DNA from: Chloroflexota bacterium
Lineage (GTDB): Bacteria; Chloroflexota; Dehalococcoidia; JACVQG01; JAHKAY01
Direction of reading: 5' to 3'
Length of the DNA stretch: 64,000 bases
NCBI GenBank assembly: GCA_018825785.1
Contig: JAHKAY010000020.1
Span: forward strand, 2,111-66,110
How positions within the stretch are numbered: the first letter of the stretch is position 1; the number at the start of each line of letters is the position of its first letter. A program made the position numbers and the translations under genes. The notes under the pieces are model-generated. The model saw only the letters and a program-made list of their open reading frames with translations. It was not told where the DNA came from and did no database searches. Shown here piece after piece: positions 48,107 through 58,649 of the stretch.

Positions 48107-49057
48107 ATGCCACTCCTGGAGGTAGAGGGGCTCAAGCTCCACTACCAGGGGGCGAGCGGGGAGGTCCGGGCAGTGGACGGGGTATCCTTCTCCGTGGAGG
48201 CGGGCACCGCCCTGGGCCTGGTGGGGGAATCGGGCTCGGGGAAAAGCAGTGTGGCCCTGGCCCTGATGCGCCTCCGGCCCCGCAATGTGTCCCATTTCTC
48301 CGGCCGGGTGCTCCTGAACGGGGTAGAATGCTCCCGGCTGGACGAAGGGGAGTTCCGCCGACATTTCCGGTGGGAGAAGCTGGCCATGGTCTTCCAGGGG
48401 GCCATGGAGTCCTTCAACCCTGTCCTGAAGGTGGGGGAACAGATAATTGAGCCCCTCCTCCAGAGAAGGGTGGGACGCAAGGAAGCAGAAAAGCAGTCAA
48501 TGGCCCTCCTGGATGCAGTGATGCTCCCGGCCCGGACCTTTGACCGCTATCCCCACGAGCTGAGCGGGGGGATGAAGCAGAGGGCCCTCATCGCCATGGC
48601 CCTGGTCCTCCACCCCCAGCTCATTATCCTGGATGAGCCCACCTCAGCCCTGGACGTCATCGTCCAGGCCGAGGTGATGAACCTGCTCAAGCGTCTCAAG
48701 CGGGAGCTAAGCCTGGGTATCCTCTTTATCACCCACGATATTGCCCTCTCCAGCGACCTCTGCGACCGGATTGCGGTGATGTATGCCGGGGAGGTGGTGG
48801 AGACCGGGGGAGCCGACGGGGTCTTGCTCCGGCCGGGCCACCCCTACACCCAGAAACTGCTGGCGGCAGTGCCCCTGCTCATGGAGGAGAAGGAGCCGGA
48901 GTTCATCTCGGGTTCGCCGCCCGACCTTACCAACCCCCCTCCCGGCTGCCGGTTCCACCCCCGCTGCCCATATGTCTTTGACCGCTGCCGGGTGGAGTCC
49001 CCTCCACCCTTCCCCGCCAATGAGCACCGGGCCCGGTGCTGGCTTCTGCTGCGATGA
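48107..49057 (+). CDS. ABC ATPase (DppD/OppD-like)
   Basis: GESGSGKS Walker A, LSGGMKQR signature, C-terminal oligopeptide-ATPase extension. Confidence 0.85.
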   Translation: MPLLEVEGLKLHYQGASGEVRAVDGVSFSVEAGTALGLVGESGSGKSSVALALMRLRPRNVSHFSGRVLLNGVECSRLDEGEFRRHFRWEKLAMVFQGAMESFNPVLKVGEQIIEPLLQRRVGRKEAEKQSMALLDAVMLPARTFDRYPHELSGGMKQRALIAMALVLHPQLIILDEPTSALDVIVQAEVMNLLKRLKRELSLGILFITHDIALSSDLCDRIAVMYAGEVVETGGADGVLLRPGHPYTQKLLAAVPLLMEEKEPEFISGSPPDLTNPPPGCRFHPRCPYVFDRCRVESPPPFPANEHRARCWLLLR

Positions 49058-49896
49058 AACCCCTGCTGGCCCTGGAGGATATCAGGATGGTCTATCAGGC
49101 CAGGAAGGGGCTCTTCGGCTTCGTGCCCGTAACCGCCCTGGACGGGGTCTCCCTCAGCCTGGACGAAGGGGAGACGGTGGCGATAGTGGGGGAGTCGGGC
49201 AGTGGCAAGACCACCCTGGCCCGGGTAAGCCTCCGCCTCCTCCGCCCCACCTCGGGACAGGTCTTATTTGACGGGACAGACATCGCCCGCCTGCCCGAGG
49301 GCCGGCTGAAATGGTTCCGCCAGCAGGCCCAGGGCATCTTCCAGGACCCCTTCTCCAGCCTGGACCCCTTCATGCGGGTCTTTGACACGGTGGAGGAACC
49401 CCTTATCATCCACCGGATAGGAGACAGAGAGAAACGCCGGGAGCTGGTCTATCAAGCGCTGGAGGAGGTGCGGCTTATCCCGGTGAAAGAGTTTTCCTTG
49501 AAGTTCCCCCATCAGCTTTCCGGCGGCCAGCGCCAGCGGGTAGCCATAGCCCGGTGTCTGGTCCTCCGGTCCCGGCTCATCGTGGCCGACGAGCCCGTGT
49601 CCCTGCTGGATGCCTCCAGCCGGGCCGAGCTCCTCTCCCTCTTCCGGGAGCTCCAGCACCGCCACAAGCTGACTTTCATCTACATCACCCACGACCTGAG
49701 CACCGCGCGCCAGTTTGCCCCCCGCATCGCCATCATGTACCGGGGAAAAATTGTAGAGACCGGCCCCACCTCTCAGGTCATCACCCAGCCTCAGCACCCC
49801 TACACCCGGGCCCTCCTCGAGGCGGTGCCCCAGCCCGACCCCTCCAACCGCTTCCGGGAGCGCCGGGTCGGCTTCCAGGAAACCACCAGGGAATAG
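49036..49896 (+). CDS. ABC ATPase (DppF/OppF-like)
   Basis: GESGSGKTT Walker A, LSGGQRQR signature. Confidence 0.85.
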   Translation: MLASAAMKPLLALEDIRMVYQARKGLFGFVPVTALDGVSLSLDEGETVAIVGESGSGKTTLARVSLRLLRPTSGQVLFDGTDIARLPEGRLKWFRQQAQGIFQDPFSSLDPFMRVFDTVEEPLIIHRIGDREKRRELVYQALEEVRLIPVKEFSLKFPHQLSGGQRQRVAIARCLVLRSRLIVADEPVSLLDASSRAELLSLFRELQHRHKLTFIYITHDLSTARQFAPRIAIMYRGKIVETGPTSQVITQPQHPYTRALLEAVPQPDPSNRFRERRVGFQETTRE

Positions 49897-49996
49897 GGAA
49901 ATGGTGAGAAGAGAACCGCGCCTTCACTTGGACCGCCTATGTTCTTTATGACAACCGATAAAATGCAGCTAACACAGGTAAGGAGATAAGGGCAAG

Positions 49997-50365
49997 ATGG
50001 CGAAAATGGAAGTCAGAAATTTCAGCTCCCCGGATGAAGTGAGACAGTTTGAAAAAGGAAAGCTGGACCTGGTGAAAATCGGCGGTGCCACAGTCGGACG
50101 AGCAGTATTCCAGCCAGGATTCAAGTGGTCAAAGCATGTCCAGCCAATAGCCAAGACCAAGTCCTGCGAGGCTCCCCACTTCCAGTACCACGTCTCAGGA
50201 ACATTACATGTTGTTATGGACGATGGCACAGAGAGAGACTTAAGAGCCGGTGATGTTTCCTTGCTTCCACCGGGACATGACGCCTGGGTTGTTGGCAATG
50301 AACCCGCAGTTGTAGTTGACTTTCAAGGCATGGTGGATTACGCCAGGGAATCAGCCAAAAAATAG
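49997..50365 (+). CDS. Cupin-domain protein
   Basis: 122-aa ORF with cupin_2-like core motifs. Confidence 0.65.
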   Translation: MAKMEVRNFSSPDEVRQFEKGKLDLVKIGGATVGRAVFQPGFKWSKHVQPIAKTKSCEAPHFQYHVSGTLHVVMDDGTERDLRAGDVSLLPPGHDAWVVGNEPAVVVDFQGMVDYARESAKK

Positions 50366-50572
50366 CACACAGTGACCCGGCGGGGAGATGGCAGCACATT
50401 CAAGCCCGGAAACGCCAATAGGTTCTGTGGCACTTCCCGCTATGAAGTAGTTGAGCGTCTCGAGGCGACGTTCCTCGCAATTGCCTCATTGCCCCCAACT
50501 CTCCTGCGGTTGGCTATCTCGTAACGCGTCGGCTATGGGTTGGGTATCCTGGCACTAGCCTGTCGGCCTGCA

Positions 50573-50620
50573 ACAAAAAGTGAGGGGCGACCCCAGCGGG
50601 GCCGCCCCTCTTGCCTTTGC
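50573..50620. terminator. Bidirectional intrinsic terminator between convergent genes
   Basis: Hairpin gaggggcg-accccagcggggc-cgcccctc. Followed by ttgcctttgcg on + and by ctttttgttg on -. Confidence 0.55.
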
Positions 50621-50627
50621 GTCGCTT

Positions 50628-50948
50628 CTAGCGGCCGCCTGAGGTGACTCTTACCCGGGAGTAGCAGTCGCTACAGTAGACTGGTCGCCCGTTTCGTGGC
50701 TCGAACGGTACCTGCGCCTCTTTCCCACAGGACGCGCAGACGGCAGAATGCATGACCCTTTGGTAGCCGTAGCTATTCGGGGCAGCAGACGAACCACCAC
50801 GCTGTTGTCTCCTGGTCTCTCGACACTCCATACAGCGCTTGGGCTCATTGGTGTAGCCTCTGCTAGCGAACAACTCCTGCTCGGAGGCACTGAAACTGAA
50901 ACTGGTGCCGCAGTCCGCACACGTCAGGCTCTTGTCAACAAAGCTCAT
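50628..50948 (-). CDS. Zinc-ribbon protein (two CxxC...CxxC units)
   Basis: Start reset to ATG 50946-50948 (RBS AAGGAGG). CADCG...CMEC and CASCG...CSDC. Confidence 0.5.
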   Translation of the reverse strand: MSFVDKSLTCADCGTSFSFSASEQELFASRGYTNEPKRCMECRETRRQQRGGSSAAPNSYGYQRVMHSAVCASCGKEAQVPFEPRNGRPVYCSDCYSRVRVTSGGR

Positions 50949-51392
50949 GGATGACCTCCTTTCTATATGACTCGGCTCCAGTTTGGTCATCCATGGCCTG
51001 GGCAGCTTGTGAGAACTTCCGCAGATTGGGACTTGCAAACCTCTAACCGGTGCCTATAGAGTATCATGGAATTGGCGGTCTGTCAAACCATAATGAAATG
51101 CAACACTCACCCACCAATGCCCATTAGAATGATGAAGGGATACTAGTACTACCTCTCATACGATGCCATAGAGTCCCCTACTCTTGTGGAACGCGTTTGA
51201 CCATATCGCTGGGGTTGGTGAAAAACCATAACGTTCCCCTCAAATCTTAATGACTTCTTAATATTCGGCCATTATGATTGAGGACGCACAAGGTGTTTCC
51301 AACACTGCCGACCTTTTCCAAAACCATTGTAGGGAAGCACGGACAGAGCTTCAAGGCCATAGCTTGTCTTCCAGAGGCAAGAAGGGGGAAGT

Positions 51393-52817
51393 ATGAGGAG
51401 TAGTGCTGGCTATCGCCTGGCCGGGGCAACCGGGGTTCTCCTCTTGCTTGCTCTGGCCGGATGTACTCCCCGCACCACCGCCCCCACTCACAACCCTACC
51501 CCCATTGCCTCCCCAACAGCCACGGCCGCTACGACACCCCCACGGACTCCAACACCCGTGCCGACCCCAGCACCCACGCCAGGGCCTGCGCCCACGGCTG
51601 CAGCAGTCCCTGTTGCAGAGTGGACTCACCAGTTCGGCTCCCCCGCTTTGGACAGGGGCAATGCGCTGGCAGTGGATGGGGAAGGGAACATCATCGTTGT
51701 GGGCGCTACACAGGGCGCCCTGCCCGGCCAGACTTTGGGCGGCTATTGGGATGGCTATGCGCGGAAGCTCAGCCCAACTGGCGCAGAGATGTGGACCCTG
51801 CAGTTCACCAACTCCGTTTCGGTTGGGGCTCTGGCAGTGGCAGTGGACGGGGCAGGAAACATCATCCTCGCCGGCCATGTACAGGGTGAGCTGCCCGGCC
51901 AGACCGGCGCTGGCCTGGATGACGCATATGTGCGGAGGCTTAGTCCCGACGGCGTAGAGCTGTGGACGCACCAGTTCGGCTCCGCCGATTCGGATTGGGC
52001 TTTTGGGGTGGCCTTGGACTTGTCGGGGAACATTATAGTGGCTGGCGCAGCCAGTGGCGCACTGCCCGGCCAGACCAGCGCTGGCGGCGAAGATGCTTTT
52101 GTGCAGAAGCTGAGTCCCGAGGGCGCCGAGCTGTGGACGAGCCAGTTCGGCTCCGCCGCTTCAGACAGAGTCTGGAGCGTATCATTGGACGGGTCAGGAA
52201 ATATCGTCGTGGCGGGCCGAACACAGGGCACACTGCCCGGCCAGACCAGCGCGGGCTCCTGGGATGCCTTCGTGCAGAAATACAGCCCCGATGGAACGGA
52301 GCTGTGGACCCGCCAGTTTGGCTCTCCAGCTCCGGATGTGGCCACCAGGGTGGCGGTGGACGGGGCAGGGAACATCATCGTGGCGGGCAGTACAATGGGC
52401 TCACTGCCCGGACAGACCCGGGCTGGCTACGATGATGCCTTTGTGCGGAAGTTCAGCCCGGAGGGAGCAGAGCTGTGGACCCGCCAGTTTGGCTCAGCCC
52501 TGACTTCCGAGGCCTTGGGGGTGGCCGTAGACGGGATGGGGAACATCATCGTGGCTGGCCGGGTGTATGGCGCGCTGCCAGGCCGGACCCCCATCGGCCA
52601 AGATGACGCCTTTGTGCGGAAGTTCAGCCCGGAGGGCATAGAGCTCTGGACCCTTCAGTTCGGCTCCGCTGCTCCGGATGAGGCCTTGGGGGTAGCGGTG
52701 GACGGGATGGGGAACACTGTCGTTGCGGGCCATACAATGGGCACGCTGCCCGGCCAGACAAACGCCGGCGATTGGGATGCCTTCGTCGTCTGCCTTGGCC
52801 GGCAGTCTGCCTCATGA
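51393..52817 (+). CDS. Lipoprotein with 7 SBBP beta-propeller repeats
   Basis: Lipobox LALAGC and PT linker. Repeats of DGxGNIIVAGxTxGxLPGQT...DAFVxKxSPxGxELWTxQFGS. Confidence 0.65.
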   Translation: MRSSAGYRLAGATGVLLLLALAGCTPRTTAPTHNPTPIASPTATAATTPPRTPTPVPTPAPTPGPAPTAAAVPVAEWTHQFGSPALDRGNALAVDGEGNIIVVGATQGALPGQTLGGYWDGYARKLSPTGAEMWTLQFTNSVSVGALAVAVDGAGNIILAGHVQGELPGQTGAGLDDAYVRRLSPDGVELWTHQFGSADSDWAFGVALDLSGNIIVAGAASGALPGQTSAGGEDAFVQKLSPEGAELWTSQFGSAASDRVWSVSLDGSGNIVVAGRTQGTLPGQTSAGSWDAFVQKYSPDGTELWTRQFGSPAPDVATRVAVDGAGNIIVAGSTMGSLPGQTRAGYDDAFVRKFSPEGAELWTRQFGSALTSEALGVAVDGMGNIIVAGRVYGALPGRTPIGQDDAFVRKFSPEGIELWTLQFGSAAPDEALGVAVDGMGNTVVAGHTMGTLPGQTNAGDWDAFVVCLGRQSAS

Positions 52818-53001
52818 CCGGGTGGCAAATCTACTCAAGCGGGCAGCTTGCCCATTCGCCAGGTGTACCGGCATCTGGGGCCTGCCCCTGAAGGCCCGGG
52901 CCCGGTCCCTCTGCCGGCCCCATTACCCCTGGTCATCCCGGCAGGGACAGGCCCGGAAGAGAAGAGGAAGTGCAGGATTTCTGGGAGAGAAGGAGGCCAA
53001 G

Positions 53002-53571
53002 ATGAACAGGTCAGTTTTGGTAGGCGTGGTAGTGTCGTTGCTCTTGTTCGGCGCTCTCGCTTGCGCGGGACCTGCGGGTACCCAGGGCCCGGCGGGGCTG
53101 ACGGGCGCGCAGGGGCCCCAGGGTGAGAGGGGACCGGCTGGGCCTACAGGGCCGCAGGGGCCAGCTGGGCCAGCCGGCGCTACAGGCGCTACAGGACCGG
53201 CAGGCCCTCCGGGACCCCAAGGGCCGGCAGGAACGGGAGGAGCTCTGCCCTGGTCAGGTTCTCCGGTTGCCGTCACGGGTACGGTCACTGTGCCGGCGGG
53301 GCAATACTACGAGTCTGCGATTGCTGCAAACTATCTTGACCTGATTTCCGTCAGGCTGGGGGCAGTCGCTGCACTCCCGCAGGCACAGGCTGCAGGTTTT
53401 GATGTGTATGACCCGAACGACGACTATATTGCGGGACAGATTGCCTACGCGCAGGGAGGAGCCAGCACAAGTTTCTTTGCGGCTATTCCTGGAACATATA
53501 CATTGAGTGTCTGGAACCAGACAACTTCAGACCTTCAGATGTCTGTCTCGGTGAGCAGGACAGCTAGATAG
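53002..53571 (+). CDS. Collagen-like (Gly-X-Y) triple-helix repeat protein with C-terminal globular domain
   Basis: ATG 53002 after GGAGG. Signal peptide. About 25 uninterrupted GxY triplets: [26 protein letters not shown]... Confidence 0.6.
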   Translation: MNRSVLVGVVVSLLLFGALACAGPAGTQGPAGLTGAQGPQGERGPAGPTGPQGPAGPAGATGATGPAGPPGPQGPAGTGGALPWSGSPVAVTGTVTVPAGQYYESAIAANYLDLISVRLGAVAALPQAQAAGFDVYDPNDDYIAGQIAYAQGGASTSFFAAIPGTYTLSVWNQTTSDLQMSVSVSRTAR

Positions 53572-54072
53572 TTAAGTGGTAGTCGCAGCGGGCTGTACGC
53601 CTTCCTCCTGCGCGACATTGAGCAGCCTGTTGACCACCCAGGACACATATCGGTCGCACTTCTGCTCAAAGCCGCCCTCGTCTACGAACTTCTCAAAGGC
53701 CCCAGGTTGGTCGAAGTCCACCTTGACCAGCCCACGGCACACGGTACTGCCAAATTCCCGCCGGAAGTCTTCAAAGACGCGCCGAGCAGCGCTCCGGGAC
53801 TTCCTTCTGGCCTCCCTGGCCTGCTCCCGCGTGCCAGTGTCCTTGCCAAACATCATTCCTAGAGCCGCCGCTGCAGCGGACAGGCTACCGCAGGGGGCGA
53901 ACTGGTAGCCACCGACTCCGGTCATGAAGTTGATAGCCGCCCAGTTGGCCTTCTCCGGCCATTTGAAGGTCTCCTGACACACGGTCATAACCGCGGGGCC
54001 ACAATGGAAGCCTTTGTGCATGAGTTCGAGGGCCCTCCGGGTCACCGCATCGGCCTGAAACTTGTCCCCCAT
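53572..54072 (-). CDS. C_GCAxxG_C_C family putative redox-active protein
   Basis: CGSLSAAAAALGMMFG and HCGPAVMTVCQE motifs. Confidence 0.7.
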   Translation of the reverse strand: MGDKFQADAVTRRALELMHKGFHCGPAVMTVCQETFKWPEKANWAAINFMTGVGGYQFAPCGSLSAAAAALGMMFGKDTGTREQAREARRKSRSAARRVFEDFRREFGSTVCRGLVKVDFDQPGAFEKFVDEGGFEQKCDRYVSWVVNRLLNVAQEEGVQPAATTT

Positions 54073-54376
54073 GGTCCCTCCTTATGCCCTCCCGGTCATG
54101 TTCATCTTCTGCCTCCAGTCCCCGTGCCGAGGTCACGCAAGTTCGGGCAATTATATCACTGCGTCAGGGTAGCCGCATTTATAGCAGAATTGACAAGGCC
54201 CTGCTGCTCTAGAAGCCGGGGGGTAACTCCCTTGACCTTCCCTTGCCGATGGTGCTCGGGATGCTATCCACCAGCTCCTCGGGGGTCCAGCTCCCGTTTT
54301 TCAGGAGCATCTGGTAGACCACCGGCTCCTGGTAGATGTCCACGTGCCCATGGTAGACCTGGAAGGTGCAGCAGGG

Positions 54377-54901
54377 TCAGCCCTTTATCAGGACCGGCAT
54401 CCCCGCCACGAGAAGATATACCCGGTCGGCCTTCTGGGCTATGGCCTGGTTGGCCCGGCCCAGGAGGTCCCGGTAGTGCCGCCCCAGGGGTGTGGGGGGT
54501 ACTACCCCCATCCCGACCTCGTTGCTCACGATAATAAAGCTGGCCCCCAGCCGGTCTATGGCCTCCATAAGCCCGGCTATTTCCTCCTCCACCCTCCCCT
54601 GGGCCCCCCGCACCCGGTCCCCTATGACATTGGCCACCAGCAGGGTGAGACAGTCCAGGACCACGGTCCTGTAGCCAGCCCCCGCCTGGAGAAGGGCTTC
54701 ACCCACCCCCTGGGGCACCTCCAGGGTCTTGAAGTAGGGGGGGCGGGCCCGGCGGTGCTCCTGAATCCGCTTCTTCATCTCCCTGTCCAGGGGGGCAGCG
54801 GTGGCCAGAAAGAGGACCGGCCCGGGCATCCCCGAGGCCAGTTTCACTGCAAAATGGCTCTTCCCGGAACGGACACCTCCCAAAATCAGTACCAGTTTCA
54901 T
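54377..54901 (-). CDS. cobU: Adenosylcobinamide kinase / adenosylcobinamide-phosphate guanylyltransferase
   Basis: P-loop GGVRSGKS. Start reset to ATG 54899-54901 (MKLVLILGG). Confidence 0.8.
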   Translation of the reverse strand: MKLVLILGGVRSGKSHFAVKLASGMPGPVLFLATAAPLDREMKKRIQEHRRARPPYFKTLEVPQGVGEALLQAGAGYRTVVLDCLTLLVANVIGDRVRGAQGRVEEEIAGLMEAIDRLGASFIIVSNEVGMGVVPPTPLGRHYRDLLGRANQAIAQKADRVYLLVAGMPVLIKG

Positions 54902-54926
54902 ACCCTGTACCCCAACCGAAGCGTCC

Positions 54927-55526
54927 CTAAGGCCCATCTTTAAGGTGGCGGGTGTCGTTGAGAAGAAGGAGAGCTGTCCCCCGGGGTTTCAGGTCCAGGA
55001 GAGACAGCGAGGCGGGGGCCGGGCGAATATGCCACCAGCCCTCGGGGCCCAGCCCCAACAGGTGGCAGAGGAGCCATCTCAGGGGCCCGCTGTGGGCCAC
55101 CACCAGCACCCCCTCCCCTCTTTTCTCGGCCCCCAGGCGGGCGGAGAAGGCCAGGACCCTCTGGCCCACCTCGCCCAGGCTCCCCCCACCTGGGAAGCGG
55201 TAGCCGGAGGCCCGCCAGGAAAGATGGGCCTGGGGGTCCCTTTGAGCGATTTCGGAGAAGGTAAGCCCCTCGTAATCCCCAAAGTCCACCTCCCGCAGCT
55301 CGGGGCAGGGGAGGGGCTCGTGGCCGTGAGGGGAGGCGACGACCCTGGCAGTGTGGAGGGCCCTCTGGAGGTCGCTGGAATAGACCAGGGCTATCCTTTC
55401 CCCCGAAAGGCGGTCCCGGAGCCGCTCAGCCTGCTCTTTGCCCCGCGGGCTGAGCGGTATATCGGTGGAGCCGTAGTAGCGCTCTATGGCCCCGGTATCC
55501 CCGTGCCTCGCCAGATAGAGCCTCAT
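54927..55526 (-). CDS. cobC: Histidine-phosphatase family alpha-ribazole phosphatase
   Basis: [10 protein letters not shown] motif. Start at internal ATG 55524-55526, overlapping the cobS stop (ATGA). The longer ORF-track N-terminus is an antisense artefact over cobS. Confidence 0.75.
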   Translation of the reverse strand: MRLYLARHGDTGAIERYYGSTDIPLSPRGKEQAERLRDRLSGERIALVYSSDLQRALHTARVVASPHGHEPLPCPELREVDFGDYEGLTFSEIAQRDPQAHLSWRASGYRFPGGGSLGEVGQRVLAFSARLGAEKRGEGVLVVAHSGPLRWLLCHLLGLGPEGWWHIRPAPASLSLLDLKPRGTALLLLNDTRHLKDGP

Positions 55527-56254
55527 CCCCAGCTCCAACGGGAGAAGGCGATAACCAGCAGCAGAAAGATAGCCTCGCCCGCCTCTATCAAGGCCCCGTA
55601 GTTGTCCCCTGTCAGCCCGGCAAAGCGGCCCTTGAGATAAAGGCCAAAGCCCCAGACCAGGACCCCTACTCCCAGCATCAGGGCCAGCCCCTCCAGGCGG
55701 AAGAGGGCGAGGGAAAGGGCCAGGGTGACGAGGCTGGCCAGGAGGAGATGGCCGGGGCGGGCCGCATCTTTGAAGGTGCGGCCCAGGCCCTCGGGCTTGG
55801 CGTAGGGGAAGGCGGAGATGGCCAGGACCCCAACCCACCTCCCAATAACGGGCATGAGGATGAGGGCCCCCAGGCGCTGGGGGAGGTCCTCTAGAGCGGC
55901 ATACTTGACCAGGAGGAGCAGCACCGCCCCTATCACGCCAAATCCCCCTACCCGGCTCTCCTTCATTATCTCCCATCTCTGGGAGGGCTTTTTCATCTCC
56001 ACCAGGCCATCACAGGTATCAATGAATCCATCCAGGTGCAGGCCCCCGCTGGCCAGTGCAAGGATGACCAGAAGCAGGCCGTTGACCACGGCCCCGGGCA
56101 GAAAGCCCAGCAACCGGTCTGCCCCCGCCAGTAGCAGGCCCAGAAGGAGGCCCACCAGGGGGAAAAAGGGGAGTGAGCGCCCCAGGGCCTGGGGGCTGGC
56201 CCCTCTGCCGACGGGGATAACGGTGAGAAAGCCGAGGGCCGTGAGGAAGCTCAA
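55523..56254 (-). CDS. cobS: Adenosylcobinamide-GDP ribazoletransferase (cobalamin synthase)
   Basis: 243-aa polytopic ORF with CobS-family length and motifs (DGFIDTCDG). Confidence 0.85.
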   Translation of the reverse strand: MSFLTALGFLTVIPVGRGASPQALGRSLPFFPLVGLLLGLLLAGADRLLGFLPGAVVNGLLLVILALASGGLHLDGFIDTCDGLVEMKKPSQRWEIMKESRVGGFGVIGAVLLLLVKYAALEDLPQRLGALILMPVIGRWVGVLAISAFPYAKPEGLGRTFKDAARPGHLLLASLVTLALSLALFRLEGLALMLGVGVLVWGFGLYLKGRFAGLTGDNYGALIEAGEAIFLLLVIAFSRWSWG

Positions 56255-57321
56255 TCCAGCTTCCCCGAGACCCCGGCCTCACCGAAGGTAGCCATCTCGT
56301 CCAGGAGCCGGCAGGCGGCCTCGCAGAGGAAGATGCCCAGGCAGGCCCCCGTTCCCTCCCCCAGCCTCATCCCCAGGTCCAGAAGAGGCCGGAGGCCCAG
56401 GTGGCGGAGGATGACCCGGTGCCCGGGTTCCGCCGAAACATGAGAGGCGATGAGGGAATCCTTCAGGCCCGGGCAAAGCCCGCAGGCAATCAGGGCGGCA
56501 GCGCCGGAGATGAAGCCGTCGATGACCACCGGGATGCGGTGGGCAGCCGCCCCCAGCATCACCCCGGCCAGTCCCCCGAGCTCAAAACCGCCCACCTTGC
56601 TCAGCACATCCAGCGGGTCTCCGGGGACAGGCTGATTTACGGAGAGGGCCCTGTTTATTACAGCCACCTTACGGGCCAGACCTGCTTCATCCAGGCCGGT
56701 GCCCCGCCCCGTGAGCCTCTCCACCGGCTCCCCGGTAAAAACGGCAGCGATGGCACTGGAGGCAGTAGTATTGCCGATGCCCATGTCCCCCGTGCCCACG
56801 ATGTCCAGGCCTTTCCTCATCTCCTCTTCAAGAACCTCAAGGCCCGACTCCACCGCCTGGAGGGCCTGCTTCCGGCTCATGGCGGGGCCTTTGCTCATGT
56901 CCCTGGTGCCTGGGGCCACCTTCTTGAGGACAAGCTGAGGATGAGACTCCAGTGGCGCGGCCACCCCCATGTCCACCACGACGACCCTGGCGCCAATGTG
57001 CCGGGCCAGGACATTTACCCCCGCCCCTCCACGGAGAAAGTTATAGACCATCTGGGGGGTAACCTCCTGGGGATAGGCGCTCACGCCTTCCACCACCACC
57101 CCGTGGTCCCCAGCCATGGTGATGACGGCCTTGTGGGAAAGGCGGGGGCGCTCCTGGCCCACGATGCCCGCCAGCTTTATGGAAAGCTCCTCCAGCCGGC
57201 CCAAGCTTCCCCGGGGCTTGGTGAGCTGGCCCTGACGCCCTTGGGCCAGGGCCATGGCCTCTTCATCCAGGGCACCGACGGCCCTGATGGCCCCCTCAAG
57301 GCTAAGAAAAGATGAGGTCAA
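56251..57321 (-). CDS. cobT: Nicotinate-nucleotide--dimethylbenzimidazole phosphoribosyltransferase
   Basis: ...LTKPRGSLGRLEEL..., GDMGIGNTT. TTG start preferred after RBS GAGGAG. Confidence 0.85.
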   Translation of the reverse strand: MTSSFLSLEGAIRAVGALDEEAMALAQGRQGQLTKPRGSLGRLEELSIKLAGIVGQERPRLSHKAVITMAGDHGVVVEGVSAYPQEVTPQMVYNFLRGGAGVNVLARHIGARVVVVDMGVAAPLESHPQLVLKKVAPGTRDMSKGPAMSRKQALQAVESGLEVLEEEMRKGLDIVGTGDMGIGNTTASSAIAAVFTGEPVERLTGRGTGLDEAGLARKVAVINRALSVNQPVPGDPLDVLSKVGGFELGGLAGVMLGAAAHRIPVVIDGFISGAAALIACGLCPGLKDSLIASHVSAEPGHRVILRHLGLRPLLDLGMRLGEGTGACLGIFLCEAACRLLDEMATFGEAGVSGKLD

Positions 57322-57335
57322 ATGTCTCCTCAACT

Positions 57336-57366
57336 AAAGTCCCCTTGCCCTAGGCAAGGGGACTTT
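57336..57366. terminator. Perfect hairpin between rplY and cobT (possible terminator)
   Basis: aaagtccccttgccctaggcaaggggacttt. Confidence 0.35.
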
Positions 57367-57415
57367 GCTTCTTTTACCTCTGCAGCCTCCGGCCAGGAAG
57401 GAGAGGGGATAGAGG

Positions 57416-58093
57416 CTACTCCTCCTCCGTCTCCCCTTCTTCTTCCTCGGCGGCGGGCTTCTCCCCTTCCTCCCCGGCAACCCCCACCGGCGCGGCTGGG
57501 GCCACCTCCTCCACCCGGGCCGGGGCTTCTATCTTCGCCACCACCGTCTCGGGGTCCAGCAGGGAGGCAACCCCCTTGGGCAGGGAGAGGTCCACTATCT
57601 TTATGACCTGGCCCACCGCGGCCAGGCTGGAGACGTCCACAACGATAGCATGGGGCAGGGCCTCAGGCAGGCCCTCCACCGGGAGGGACGAAAGCCCATG
57701 GATAAGGACTCCCTCCCTGGCCCCGGGGGCCACCCCCTCAAAGTGGAGGGGGACCTCGGTCCGCACCTTCTCGGTAAGGAGGACCGCCTGGAAGTCCACA
57801 TGGAGGAGCCGGCTGGTCCTGGGGTGCCTCTGGACCTCCCGGGTAATAGCCGGCTGGGCCCGGCCCCGGGACCCTATCTTTATGAAGACCAGGCCACCCC
57901 CCCCCGTCTGGGTGATGGCCCGGAGGAGCTCCTTAGCCTCCACCTGGAGGGCCTGGGAGGGCTTCCCGTGGCCGTAGAGATTGGCAGGGATTATGCCCTG
58001 CTCCCTGAGCTTCTTCACCTGCTTGCCCAGGACCTCCCGCTTGCTGACCTTCAGCTCAGCGCGCTCTTTCTTTTCTTCAGCCTTCTCAGCCAT
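57416..58093 (-). CDS. rplY: 50S ribosomal protein L25 / general stress protein Ctc
   Basis: N-terminal L25 fold (LKVSKREVLGKQVKKLREQGIIPANLYGHGK) and acidic C-terminal tail. Confidence 0.85.
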   Translation of the reverse strand: MAEKAEEKKERAELKVSKREVLGKQVKKLREQGIIPANLYGHGKPSQALQVEAKELLRAITQTGGGGLVFIKIGSRGRAQPAITREVQRHPRTSRLLHVDFQAVLLTEKVRTEVPLHFEGVAPGAREGVLIHGLSSLPVEGLPEALPHAIVVDVSSLAAVGQVIKIVDLSLPKGVASLLDPETVVAKIEAPARVEEVAPAAPVGVAGEEGEKPAAEEEEGETEEE

Positions 58094-58262
58094 ACTGACA
58101 GAATTTACCAGAGAGGGGACTAAATGTCAACCGCTGCCCCTGCCCACCCACCTCCCCCTGTCCCCAGTTAACGTCTGGCGAGCGCCCGGACCCTTTTCTT
58201 GAGACCCCGAAACGCGTAGACTAAGGACAAAACACGGGCGGCCGATGAAAAGGAGGACAGCC

Positions 58263-58628
58263 ATGTCAAAAGTAGTGCATTTTGAGATTCATGCGGATGA
58301 CCCGGAACGGGCGGTGAAGTTCTATACCCAGGCTTTCGGCTGGAAGGTGGAGGAATTGACGGGCCCGATGGAGTACTGGCTGGTTGACACCGGCCCGAAG
58401 AGCCAGCCGGGCATTAACGGCGCCATCATGCGCCGCCAGGATAAACTGGCTACGGTGAACACCATCGGCGTCCCTTCAATGGGGGAAGCCATGAAGGCAG
58501 TCAAGGCGGCCGGAGGTAAAGTGCTGACTCCGAAGATGCCCATCCTGGGTATCGGCTGGAATGCCTATTGCCTGGATACCGAGGGCAATACCTTCGGCAT
58601 CTACCAGGAGGACCCTTCGGCCAAGTAG
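58263..58628 (+). CDS. VOC (glyoxalase/bleomycin-resistance) family protein
   Basis: ATG 58263 after AGGAGG. HFEIHADD...GNTFGIY. Confidence 0.7.
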   Translation: MSKVVHFEIHADDPERAVKFYTQAFGWKVEELTGPMEYWLVDTGPKSQPGINGAIMRRQDKLATVNTIGVPSMGEAMKAVKAAGGKVLTPKMPILGIGWNAYCLDTEGNTFGIYQEDPSAK

Positions 58629-58649
58629 CGTCCCCAAAAAGGTCGCCGG

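Noticed and set aside
46682-48364. 560-aa minus-strand ORF, and similar long antisense ORFs (42818-44284, 35081-36001, 36772-37392, 38626-39198, 40352-41185)
   Set aside because: These are shadow ORFs typical of high-GC DNA. They lie antisense to well-supported ABC transporter, BNR and SBP genes, have low-complexity G/P/R-rich translations and no RBS.
54208-54376. Open frame continuing past the cobU stop codon (…TFQVYHGHVDIYQEPVVYQMLLKNGSWTPEELVDSIPSTIGKGRSREL…)
   Set aside because: No start codon or RBS in frame. It could be a relic of a longer ancestral gene or stop-codon context noise. Not called.
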